A DNA stretch of 64,000 nucleotides, taken from positions 32,001 to 96,000 of the IMG/VR virus record IMGVR_UViG_3300045988_179268. One strand, given 5' to 3'. This document shows, one piece after another, positions 26,620-35,151 of this stretch. The notes under the pieces are model-generated. The model had not been told where the DNA came from. It worked only from the letters and a program-made list of their open reading frames with translations, and searched no databases. The position numbers were made by a program, and so were the translations under genes. The stretch comes from a virus. Position 1 is the first letter of the stretch. Each line of letters starts with the position of its first letter.

Positions 26620-27819
26620 TTACTCGATGTCGAGGAAGTCACCGATAAATCCCTCATCACCATCTGTGTCAGGTGCTTCATTTTCCTGCGCTTGCTCAGG
26701 AAGCTGGTAGGTGTCGGGGTGGTAATCAATAACTGGACCCTCAAACTTGCTAGAGTAGAGCACGTAGTCCTGGTCTGGCAAGAGGTGCGCGGCAACCTGA
26801 TTACCAATTTCTAGAGTGGTTTCGTAGTTCTCAGGCTGTGATAGTGCCTGAATGAACTTGGAGCGGGACTGTTCCTTAACCTGGAAGTCTACAGGGTTAG
26901 GGTAGGAGTACCATGAGCCGCCCTTGTGGACAACATTAAACTCCACAGCAAGGTCTACGAGGCTTGCAATTGCGGACACGCCTTCACCGTACATGATGTC
27001 AAACTCTGCCTGTTTGAACGGTGGAGCCATCTTGTTCTTCACAATCTTTGCGCGAGTGCGGTTACCGATGGGGTTAGCACCTTCTTTAAGGGTTTCGATG
27101 CGTCGGATGTCGATGCGGACAGACGCATAGAACTTAAGAGCCTTACCGCCAGTGGTGGTTTCAGGGGAGCCGAAGAATACACCAATCTTCTCTCGAAGCT
27201 GGTTGATGAAGATTGCGGTGGTGCCGGTTGCGTTGAGGCGACCAGTAATCTTGCGTAGCGCCTGGCTCATGAGTCGCGCCTGTAGACCGACGTGGGAGTC
27301 GCCCATGTCGCCTTCAATTTCGGCGCGGGGGACAAGCGCGGCTACGGAGTCGAGGATAACGATGTCGATAGCACCGGAGCCTACAAGCATGTCCATGATT
27401 TCGAGTGCCTGCTCACCAGTGTCAGGCTGGGAGACGAGGAGGTTGTCGATGTCTACGCCTAGCTTTGCGGCGTAGATGGGGTCAAGTGCGTGCTCTGCGT
27501 CAATGAACGCGGCTACGCCGCCTGCTTTCTGGACGTTTGCTACTGCCTGGAGTGCGACGGTGGTCTTACCGGAGGATTCGGGACCGTAGATTTCGATGAC
27601 GCGCCCCTTGGGTAGACCACCGATTCCTAGTGCCGCGTCAAGGGAGGGTGCGCCTGTGCTGATGGCTTCAACACGGTTCACGTTCTGGTCTAGGCGCATA
27701 ACGGCACCCTTACCGTAGTTCTTTTCAATCTGCCCCATGACAGCTTCGAGGGCTTTCAGCTTGCCTTCTTCGGTGCTGTGCTTGGTGGGTGCGACACTAT
27801 TTTTGGATACCCTAGCCAT
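26620..27819 (-). CDS. recA: RecA recombinase with ~45-aa C-terminal extension
   Basis: [19 protein letters not shown], Walker [44 protein letters not shown]. Confidence 0.95.
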   Translation of the reverse strand: MARVSKNSVAPTKHSTEEGKLKALEAVMGQIEKNYGKGAVMRLDQNVNRVEAISTGAPSLDAALGIGGLPKGRVIEIYGPESSGKTTVALQAVANVQKAGGVAAFIDAEHALDPIYAAKLGVDIDNLLVSQPDTGEQALEIMDMLVGSGAIDIVILDSVAALVPRAEIEGDMGDSHVGLQARLMSQALRKITGRLNATGTTAIFINQLREKIGVFFGSPETTTGGKALKFYASVRIDIRRIETLKEGANPIGNRTRAKIVKNKMAPPFKQAEFDIMYGEGVSAIASLVDLAVEFNVVHKGGSWYSYPNPVDFQVKEQSRSKFIQALSQPENYETTLEIGNQVAAHLLPDQDYVLYSSKFEGPVIDYHPDTYQLPEQAQENEAPDTDGDEGFIGDFLDIE

Positions 27820-27985
27820 AGAGGTTGAGTCCCTTCCTTTGATAATTATCTGTAGTGGTTGCCGCCGCCCTGTTATGGGACTTATGGCGGGTGCTTGGCA
27901 CTTATATCAGTTTAGCATCCCTACAAAGGAACTACCCACTCTTTTTGGAGTGCTTTTTTAAAAGTCAGAGGGATATAATTCATAC

Positions 27986-28774
27986 ATGAGCAATGCAGAT
28001 GTGAAGAAAACTGATTTAGATATTTCCGTTCCAGAGCCGCCCACAGCTGAGATGGTTCTTTTCCCGTGGATGCATACCGACTATTGGGGGCAGTCCTGGC
28101 TGTTGGTGGTATGTTTTCATGTTGCCGCGATACTAGGGGTTTTGTCTGGAGTTTTTAGTTTAGCGAACCTTGGGTCGATGGACGGGGTGACATTAGCTGT
28201 TTATGCGGCATGTTTCGCAACGGTTGGTTTTGCGCGCGTTGCCTTTGGCGGCTATCACCTCAGCAAGTACGTTCTGAGGGAAGACGACAGGTTTAAGTGG
28301 TTTGATTTCAGTGTGCGCAATGTGATGCTGGGCGTTGTTATTGGTGCCGTAATGTTAGGCATTTCATGGGTGGGCATGAACCTTTTCTACAGTGCTCACC
28401 CTGAGTTTGTTGGGCAGGCGGCAACTAGCGCTAGTTCTTCGTTGCTGTTGAGTTTACCGGCACAGATTTTGGTGCTGGTTTTGTTTGCGCCACTGTTTGA
28501 GGAACTGGTTTGGCGTGGCGTGGTATTTAGGGGCGTTTTGTCGCTGGGTGCTGAAACTTGGTTTGTTGTTTTGAGCCAAGCGATACTTTTTGCGGCGTTC
28601 CATTTTGGGTTTGCTAACAACTTGACAATGCTTGATTTGGTATCATTCTGGCTTCTTGTGCTTTTCGGCGTGTTCCTTGGAATGGCTCGATGGTTTACAG
28701 GTTCACTTGTGCCTGGTTTAGCGGCGCATATGCTATACAATTTTGGCGCGGTCATGCTTATGGTTGCCGCCTAA
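27986..28774 (+). CDS. CPBP-family (CAAX-type) intramembrane glutamic protease
   Basis: Polytopic, FAPLFEELVWRGVVF (EExxxR), FAAFHF, AAHMLYN. Confidence 0.75.
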   Translation: MSNADVKKTDLDISVPEPPTAEMVLFPWMHTDYWGQSWLLVVCFHVAAILGVLSGVFSLANLGSMDGVTLAVYAACFATVGFARVAFGGYHLSKYVLREDDRFKWFDFSVRNVMLGVVIGAVMLGISWVGMNLFYSAHPEFVGQAATSASSSLLLSLPAQILVLVLFAPLFEELVWRGVVFRGVLSLGAETWFVVLSQAILFAAFHFGFANNLTMLDLVSFWLLVLFGVFLGMARWFTGSLVPGLAAHMLYNFGAVMLMVAA

Positions 28775-28849
28775 GATTTTGTTCTCTTGGTATAATGGAT
28801 TCAGTGTTTTTTATAAGCATTGAATCCATTACTTTTTTGGGAGTGTCTT

Positions 28850-30181
28850 ATGCTTTCTGATTCTCAGGGTAAGGTATTGAAGTTTATCGCAGACCGCCCG
28901 CCTCTAGCTCAGCATTTAGGGGAGCCTCTGCTGACAGGTCGTCGTTTGACTAGAGAAGAGATTTCCGCGCCTTTACCCTCTTTGATTGCGCCTAGCTCTG
29001 CTGGCGTGGTGTCTCCTATGGATATTTTGCGCGCAAATTTGTTGCGTAGGTTGGAGGCGGCGAACCGCGCCATTGGGGTACAGTATATTCCTCCCGCATC
29101 TGCTGTGGGCGAGGTTAAGGCGGTAATGACTCGTGATGCGTTAATCATTGAGGATACCGACCTTTTGCGTAGGTTGGCTAATGCTAAGCTTTCGCCGTCG
29201 TTGGTGATGTCCCTGTATGGGTGTCTTGGAAGTTTCGCTGTGAAACGTTTTTCGTGGGCTTTCGGGATTGGCTCTGATTCTGTTGAGATGAAGCGTGGTT
29301 CAGCGTTTCATGAGGTGTTTGAAAAGTTGATGGCGCTACCGTCGGATGAGCGTTCCTCTGAGCGTGCTGAGGCGCTTACGGGGGAGGTTCTGAAAAGTTC
29401 AGAGTATCAGTTAGTTTCCGATGACCCTGAGCAGATTCAGTGGCTTTCTGAGACTGTCCGCAAAGCTTTTAGTTTCCGCCGACCAGGGGAGGCTCCTGAG
29501 TCGCCGTCGGATACAGTTCTGTTCTCCATGCCTGACGGCAAGTTGCCGCTTGAGGTGCCTATTTCCGGCGCTATTGGTGGTGCTAAGCGTGAGACTTTCG
29601 GTATTATTGACCGCATTAGTGTTGCGCCGGATGGGTCTGTCGTGGTTCAGGATTACAAGACTGGCTCTAAGATGAAGCCGTATAACCTTGCAATTAAGAA
29701 GCGTTCAGGTAAGGATGCGGGTAAGACTATCCCTCGTTTGCCGGAAGTTTCCGTAAGTCGTGAAGGTCTTGAGTCTTGGAGTATCCCTGACGGTTTCCGT
29801 GAGGCTTTCCAGCAGTATAGTTATTTGCTTCTAGCTGAGCAGAACGGGCTGGAAGCTACGAAAGCTGAGCTATTGTTCCCTGCTGTGGACGATGCTTTAA
29901 ATGTGGCTTCGGTGCCCCCTCTCCTATCTTCGCTGGATGACCCGTCGGATGAGGCTGTCGCTTTTGATGCATGGGTGAAAGAAGCTTATGCTACTGCTGA
30001 TGAGAAGGTCGATGAGCTGGCTTCCTCCGGCGTTTTCCCGTTTGCGCCGTCTTTCCTTTGTTCTTGGTGCCCTTTGGCGAAGATGTGCCCTCAGTTCCAG
30101 CCACATGCGGGTAAGGGTGCGGCGGTTGCCGCTGGTCAGCCTGACGTGGTGCCTCATATTGCTCCGCTTACTGCCGAGTAG
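28850..30181 (+). CDS. PD-(D/E)XK nuclease (RecB/AddB/Cas4-like) with C-terminal Cys cluster
   Basis: FGIIDRISVAPDGSVVVQDYKTGSK (D...D-Y-K) and CSWCPLAKMCPQF. ATG at 28850 inside ORF 28820..30181. Confidence 0.65.
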   Translation: MLSDSQGKVLKFIADRPPLAQHLGEPLLTGRRLTREEISAPLPSLIAPSSAGVVSPMDILRANLLRRLEAANRAIGVQYIPPASAVGEVKAVMTRDALIIEDTDLLRRLANAKLSPSLVMSLYGCLGSFAVKRFSWAFGIGSDSVEMKRGSAFHEVFEKLMALPSDERSSERAEALTGEVLKSSEYQLVSDDPEQIQWLSETVRKAFSFRRPGEAPESPSDTVLFSMPDGKLPLEVPISGAIGGAKRETFGIIDRISVAPDGSVVVQDYKTGSKMKPYNLAIKKRSGKDAGKTIPRLPEVSVSREGLESWSIPDGFREAFQQYSYLLLAEQNGLEATKAELLFPAVDDALNVASVPPLLSSLDDPSDEAVAFDAWVKEAYATADEKVDELASSGVFPFAPSFLCSWCPLAKMCPQFQPHAGKGAAVAAGQPDVVPHIAPLTAE

Positions 30182-30246
30182 CGGATATTTTTGCGGGGCG
30201 CGCCCCTAAATCATTTTATTGTTATTTTTTTATGGAGGTTTTTATC

Positions 30247-30447
30247 TTGGGTGTTTCTAATGAGAATGTTGATATGGTCAATAATTTCCCCGTGGTTAAA
30301 TCGAACACTTCGGATAACGCGGTCGGAAATATGACATACCTTAACGGTAAGCTATATAGTTTTAATGGTTTCTGGGCTTCACCTGATTTTATTGATAAGT
30401 GGTTACATGATGAACCTGCAACAGATAAGGCACATCCCGAATCATAG
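30247..30447 (+). pseudogene. FtsK-like fragment, copy C (extreme C-terminal segment only)
   Basis: NMTYLNGKLYSFNGFWASPDFIDKWLHDE parallels GMVYLNGKLYDFQGFFAAPEFIDNWLKQNE of copy B. TTG start after GGAGG. Confidence 0.4.
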
Positions 30448-30625
30448 GTCTAGCTTATAATATTGCGCACCATGCGGCACTGTTATAGTGGCTGACTAGC
30501 TGGTATATTTGTTGTGTTGCCCGCTATATAGGGTTTGATGACCTTGTGTTGTGGGCGACATATGCTTTACGCCTTGGTTGAATATTTTTTAGGTTTATTT
30601 CACTCTACTTGTGGAGGTTTTTATT

Positions 30626-31822
30626 TTGGCTATTTCTAAGAAGAAGGCGGGCGCGGTAGTTGCTTTAGCTGTTGTAGCTGGCGCACCGTTCGCACCCCTG
30701 ATTGCTGATGAGCTTGAGACTCCCCCTGCACCTGTGGCATCTGAGGCTGACACATCTAATATTGCTGTTGGGGCGCTTGCGCCGTATGCGGCGGAGGCTG
30801 ATGGTGGTACGGTTTATTCTTCCGCGCTTGATGCACGTTTCCGTGTAGAGAAGGCTCAGGCTTCCTCTGGTAGTGCTTACACGGATATTGTGTTGGTGAA
30901 CACTTCTGACGTGGTAAGTACTCACACGTGGGTTCCTCTTGATTCTTTGCGCGACAGCTTGCCGGAAGGTTCCACGTTCGGTTCCGTCTCTGGCGGTTCA
31001 GGTGAGATTGCTAAGGGTTCCGCTTTAGTGGAAAGCAATATTGCGCCTGCTGAGTTAGTTGAGGCTGATAAGGATTACTGGTATGTCCCGAATCTGATTT
31101 CGGGTGGCGAGGCACGTCTCTCTGTTGTGCAGAAGGTTGAGCCTACTCCTGCGCCTACTCCTGACCCAACACCAGAGCCTACCCCTGAGAAGTCTGAGGA
31201 GCCAGCGCCCACCCCATCACCTGAGAGTCCTGCGCCTTCGGATGAAGCTACAACTCCTACCCCTGAGAAGTCTGAGGAGCCAACCCCTGCGCCTGTAGAG
31301 GATAAGAAGGCTAACACTCCTGCTCCTGCGGCGGCGGAAGTTTCCGCTAAGGCTGACGCTGTATATAAGGCTCCTAGCCCACTGTCTGTACCGGATGATA
31401 ATGCTACTCGCCATGATGCGGCTGGGCGTGTCGTCAGTACTGCGCCTGTTGTAGACATCAAGAAGGATGCGGACACAGGTAACACTGTCACTACGTTTGA
31501 AGATGGTGGCGCAGTGACGACGACTTCTGCCGGTGAGGTTGTTGAGAGCACTCTTGGGTCTACTGTGACGACTACGGGTGAGCCTGTTGTTTCTGCTGTG
31601 CCGGTGGCTACTGTCAGTAACGCTAGTGTTACGTCTTCGTCTGGCAAGTCTTCTACTGCTAATTCGGTGAAGGGGCAGACGTTGCGTACTGGCGCGGCTG
31701 GTGTGGCTAACCTGCCTGCTATTACTCCAGCGGCTATTCCGTTGGGTCTGGCTGGCGGTTCACTAGTGTTGGCTGGTACTCTTATTGGTGCTTCTGCTTT
31801 GAAGAACCGTAAGCGTGACTAG
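30626..31822 (+). CDS. Secreted surface protein with Pro/Thr-rich region and C-terminal sorting-signal-like tail
   Basis: TTG 8 nt after GGAGG. Signal peptide AISKKKAGAVVALAVVAGAPFA. Exact 27-bp repeat (PTPEKSEEP) at 31178..31204 and 31256..31282. C-terminal TLRTG...hydrophobic...KNRKRD. Confidence 0.65.
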   Translation: MAISKKKAGAVVALAVVAGAPFAPLIADELETPPAPVASEADTSNIAVGALAPYAAEADGGTVYSSALDARFRVEKAQASSGSAYTDIVLVNTSDVVSTHTWVPLDSLRDSLPEGSTFGSVSGGSGEIAKGSALVESNIAPAELVEADKDYWYVPNLISGGEARLSVVQKVEPTPAPTPDPTPEPTPEKSEEPAPTPSPESPAPSDEATTPTPEKSEEPTPAPVEDKKANTPAPAAAEVSAKADAVYKAPSPLSVPDDNATRHDAAGRVVSTAPVVDIKKDADTGNTVTTFEDGGAVTTTSAGEVVESTLGSTVTTTGEPVVSAVPVATVSNASVTSSSGKSSTANSVKGQTLRTGAAGVANLPAITPAAIPLGLAGGSLVLAGTLIGASALKNRKRD

Positions 31823-31834
31823 CTAAATTTTGTT

Positions 31835-31878
31835 GAAGCGCCTGCTTTCACGCTGTTGTGGTGTGAGGCAGGCGCTTC
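31835..31878 (+). terminator. Hairpin between surface-protein and sortase genes
   Basis: 11-bp inverted repeat GAAGCGCCTGC / GCAGGCGCTTC, 22-nt loop; weak T-tract. Confidence 0.4.
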
Positions 31879-31903
31879 GTTATCATTTTATGAGGTGAGA
31901 AGT

Positions 31904-33265
31904 GTGAAGGATTTCCGTTCGTGGCTGGCTAAGCCTAATGAGGCTGTTGATGGTGATAATGATAAGTCGGACGTTGAGAAGCCTGTTTGGTGGAAGCGTA
32001 AGTCTGTTGTTGCGTCGGCGGTGGCTGGCTGTGTCGGGTCTACACTTTTCTTCACTGGGTGGGGTGTTCATTTAGGTGATTCTACCTATCTGACTCGCAC
32101 ATATGGGGTTGTGGGTTCTGCCGCTGATGGCATGTATAGTGGACTGGATGACTTTTTCGGGTTTAAGGCTCAGATTAAAGGGGATGATGGGCGAGGTGGC
32201 GTTGTCACTTATGCTGGTAGCGACAGCATGGGCGTGACGGATAAGGGGTTGCTGTACGCCCCTAAGCCTTCCACTGAGTTTAAGAATGAGTCATGCCCTA
32301 CATACCCGGCAGGCGTGAATGGCTCCTCTGCTGATGCACCTAAAAGTGTGGGGGATAGGGTGGCGGGGTGGTGGGCTCCGTCGTTAAGGTCGAGGACTCA
32401 GGTTGTTCAGGGTGCCCAGGTTACGCCTTCGGGGTTCAGTAATAATGCTGTGACGTTGCCTGCCGCGCCCAATGGTGTCTGGTATGCCTCCGGGTCGCCG
32501 TTAAGTTCTAATGAGGGTGCTTCCATTCTTGCTGGGCATATTAATCTCAACGATGGTTCATTGTCGCCGTGGGGTTATTTGCATAGGCTTGATAAGTGTT
32601 CCCATATTTATATGAATGACGAGCATGGTAATCGTCATGAGTTTGTTGTGACCGGCATGTACCTAGTGAAGCAGGAAGATTTAGCTTCACATAGTGAGCT
32701 GTGGCGTAAAGACGGTGATAAGAAAGCGTATTTCATCACTTGCTCCGGCAGTTCTGTTGGTACTGACGGTACGCAGGAAGCGTCCTCAACTTTCTTATTC
32801 AATTACGAATATAATTTGGTTGTTGAGGGCACCCCGGTTGATGGTTCTTACCCGAAGCCTACCGCTTCCCCTAGCGCTACAACTCGCACACCTGTTGTGA
32901 CTGAGGTCCCAGCTACGGTTACTGAAACTCCTAGTGCCTCTCCGTCGCACACTGCTGAACCTAGTACGCAGGCTCCCGCTCCTGCAACCGAAGCCCAGCC
33001 TCCTGCTGAGTCTGCGCCTGTAGTGACGAGTGACCCGGCGGCTGTTCCTCATGTTGAGGCTACACCGGCGGTTGCGGCTAACAATAACGCGGATAAGAGT
33101 TCGAGTTCTAACGCGGCAGTTGCGCCCATCACAAGGGATACTGCTACTGCTAAGCCTGCTCCGGCGGCTACACGTTCAACGTCCACTGCAACACCTAATA
33201 ATAAGCCTTCCGCTTCGGCATCGCCAAGCCCTAAGCCTTCTGCTTCTAAATCGGCTAACCGTTAA
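31904..33265 (+). CDS. Class-F-like sortase with long Pro/Ala/Thr/Ser C-terminal tail
   Basis: GTG after GAGGTGAG, TM VVASAVAGCVGSTLFFTGWGV, SILAGHINL (His), AYFITCSGSS (Cys). Confidence 0.6.
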   Translation: MKDFRSWLAKPNEAVDGDNDKSDVEKPVWWKRKSVVASAVAGCVGSTLFFTGWGVHLGDSTYLTRTYGVVGSAADGMYSGLDDFFGFKAQIKGDDGRGGVVTYAGSDSMGVTDKGLLYAPKPSTEFKNESCPTYPAGVNGSSADAPKSVGDRVAGWWAPSLRSRTQVVQGAQVTPSGFSNNAVTLPAAPNGVWYASGSPLSSNEGASILAGHINLNDGSLSPWGYLHRLDKCSHIYMNDEHGNRHEFVVTGMYLVKQEDLASHSELWRKDGDKKAYFITCSGSSVGTDGTQEASSTFLFNYEYNLVVEGTPVDGSYPKPTASPSATTRTPVVTEVPATVTETPSASPSHTAEPSTQAPAPATEAQPPAESAPVVTSDPAAVPHVEATPAVAANNNADKSSSSNAAVAPITRDTATAKPAPAATRSTSTATPNNKPSASASPSPKPSASKSANR

Positions 33266-33283
33266 AAGTTGGGGTTAGATAAG

Positions 33284-33336
33284 CCACCTAACGCTATGTC
33301 TTTAGAAAGTATCTTTAGACCGTTAGGTGGTTTTTT
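33284..33336 (+). terminator. Intrinsic terminator immediately upstream of the vWA gene
   Basis: CCACCTAACG / CGTTAGGTGG stem followed by TTTTTT. The 3' arm contains the only SD-like sequence (AGGTGG) for the ATG at 33341. Confidence 0.6.
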
Positions 33337-33340
33337 CTTT

Positions 33341-34138
33341 ATGGCACATGAACAGATTGCGTTGCTGGATGCTAACGATAAGGTTGAGATTGCTCAGAGG
33401 CAGTTCGTGAAGAATCGTGAGCCTCGTTGCCCTGTTGTGATGATTTATGACTGCTCTCATTCTATGTTTATGGGTGACCGCCCTATGATTGATGAGTTGA
33501 AGCGCGGGCATGAGCTGTTACAGGTTGAGCTTCTTGAGGATGTTGTTGCGTCTGAGCGTGCTGACATGTCTTACATTATGTATGGTACTGAGGTTGCTCC
33601 GCCTACTATGTTCGCTACCCCTGGTGAGTGTGATGATGCCACTCAGGAGAAGGACAGGTTTAATAAGCTTGATTTTCAGGACATGGAGTTTACGTCTACA
33701 AATAAGGCGATTTTAGCGGCTATTGATGCTGTGGAGGAACGTCTCAAGCATTACGGCAACAGTGTCCCTCATTATGCGCCGATGATTTTCTTGATTACGG
33801 ATGGTCAGAGCAATGATGATAACGACATGTATGAGCCGGATGTTACGATGCGTCAGGCGGCAGTGAACGCTCTCCGTAGTAGGGTTGCACCGAATGGTAA
33901 GTGGACGTTTATGCCTATCTATATTTCTACGGGTTCCGCGTCGGTTGATGCTGAGATTCGTGATTCGTTGTCGATTTACCCGGTGGCTCCTGCGCCTCAG
34001 CCTGTGGCTTTGAAGCCTGGTAGTTTGATGGAGTTTTTCAGGTGGGTTTCTGCGTCTATGCAGAAGCGTTCGGCTTCACGCACTGAGGAAGCGGTGGCGT
34101 TCCCTGATGCTTCAAGTTGGGTTATGCCGGGAGCATAA
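33341..34138 (+). CDS. von Willebrand factor A (TerY-like) protein
   Basis: MIDAS DCSHS (VVMIYDCSHSM) and IFLITDGQSND. Confidence 0.7.
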   Translation: MAHEQIALLDANDKVEIAQRQFVKNREPRCPVVMIYDCSHSMFMGDRPMIDELKRGHELLQVELLEDVVASERADMSYIMYGTEVAPPTMFATPGECDDATQEKDRFNKLDFQDMEFTSTNKAILAAIDAVEERLKHYGNSVPHYAPMIFLITDGQSNDDNDMYEPDVTMRQAAVNALRSRVAPNGKWTFMPIYISTGSASVDAEIRDSLSIYPVAPAPQPVALKPGSLMEFFRWVSASMQKRSASRTEEAVAFPDASSWVMPGA

Positions 34139-34184
34139 GGTATCCTTGACTGAATTGTTCTGTGTATTTTGGAAGGCGTGATTT

Positions 34185-35069
34185 ATGAGTGATGCGTTTT
34201 TGTATGACTGGTGTTTAGTGTCTGGTCGTTCCGTCCCGAAGCCTGTTTATCATGACGAGGAAACTAACCAGGATGCTTATGGTTCGTGGTGTGATGAGGC
34301 TGGGCGTGCTGTGATTGTTGCATGTGATGGGGCTGGTTCGTTGGCTAAGTCTCGCATTGGGGCACGCATTGTCGCTGACACTATTGTTTCTGAGGGGCGC
34401 GCCGCGCTTGAGAGGTTCACCCCTTCGGGTGATGCCTCTGAGGATGCTGAGGCTTTACGTGAGAGTATTCTTGCCGCGCTTGCTATGGCAATGAACACGG
34501 TGTGGGGTGCGCAGGATTCCGATGAGATGGGATGTACTGTTGCGGCGGCTATGTTCTGCGAGGGCGCATTTGCGTATGTAACTTTGGGCGATGCGTTTGT
34601 TCTGGTTGGCGATTATGCTGGTTCTACCCCTAAGTATCAGTCTCATGTCGAGATGTGGGATGCTCCAAATATTACGACGTTTACCACATCTGATAACCCG
34701 TACATATTAGTGTCCTGTGGTACGGGCGCTACTTGGTGTATGGTTGCTTCGGATGGGATGAAGAATCCTTTGGTTCGGGCGGCGACAGCTGACAGTGATG
34801 AGGCTATTGAGGAATCGTTGTTCCGTGAGGGTGATGATGGCGAACCTCCTCTGTATCTGGTGTTGTTCTCTTCAAAGCATACTGACGACTTTTTAGCCCA
34901 TTTGGAGCGTGAGAAGTATCTTGACGATGATACTACGTTTGTTATGGCTGGTTGTTTGAATAAGCCTGCTGATGGGTCTTTAAGGATGATTACTGAGTCT
35001 GCTAAGGCGAAGCTTGTCCCTGGTGATTATGGGTTCGTTGAACGTCTCCAGCTGGGCTTAGATAGTTAA
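34185..35069 (+). CDS. PP2C-family Ser/Thr phosphatase-like protein
   Basis: NQDAYG, VIVACDGAGSLAKSRIGARI, MGCTVAAAM, VTLGDAFV, VASDGM; PP2C-like Asp-containing strands in order. Confidence 0.6.
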   Translation: MSDAFLYDWCLVSGRSVPKPVYHDEETNQDAYGSWCDEAGRAVIVACDGAGSLAKSRIGARIVADTIVSEGRAALERFTPSGDASEDAEALRESILAALAMAMNTVWGAQDSDEMGCTVAAAMFCEGAFAYVTLGDAFVLVGDYAGSTPKYQSHVEMWDAPNITTFTTSDNPYILVSCGTGATWCMVASDGMKNPLVRAATADSDEAIEESLFREGDDGEPPLYLVLFSSKHTDDFLAHLEREKYLDDDTTFVMAGCLNKPADGSLRMITESAKAKLVPGDYGFVERLQLGLDS

Positions 35070-35151
35070 TTTTTGTCATGAGGGTGCTCACCTGTTCTAC
35101 CTTTCCGGTGGGCAGGGTGGGTACCCTCATCTTTTTTGAGGGGAGTTATTT

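Noticed and set aside
27820-27985. SOS (LexA) box upstream of recA
   Set aside because: No GAAC-N4-GTTC-type palindrome or other clear operator was found in the recA / CPBP divergent spacer.
30448-30610. Series of TATA-containing elements (CTTATAA, GTTATAG, GGTATAT, GCTATAT, GACATAT) spaced about 20-34 bp apart upstream of the second surface-protein gene
   Set aside because: The elements share too little sequence, and the spacing is irregular. I cannot distinguish this from ordinary AT-rich promoter DNA by eye.
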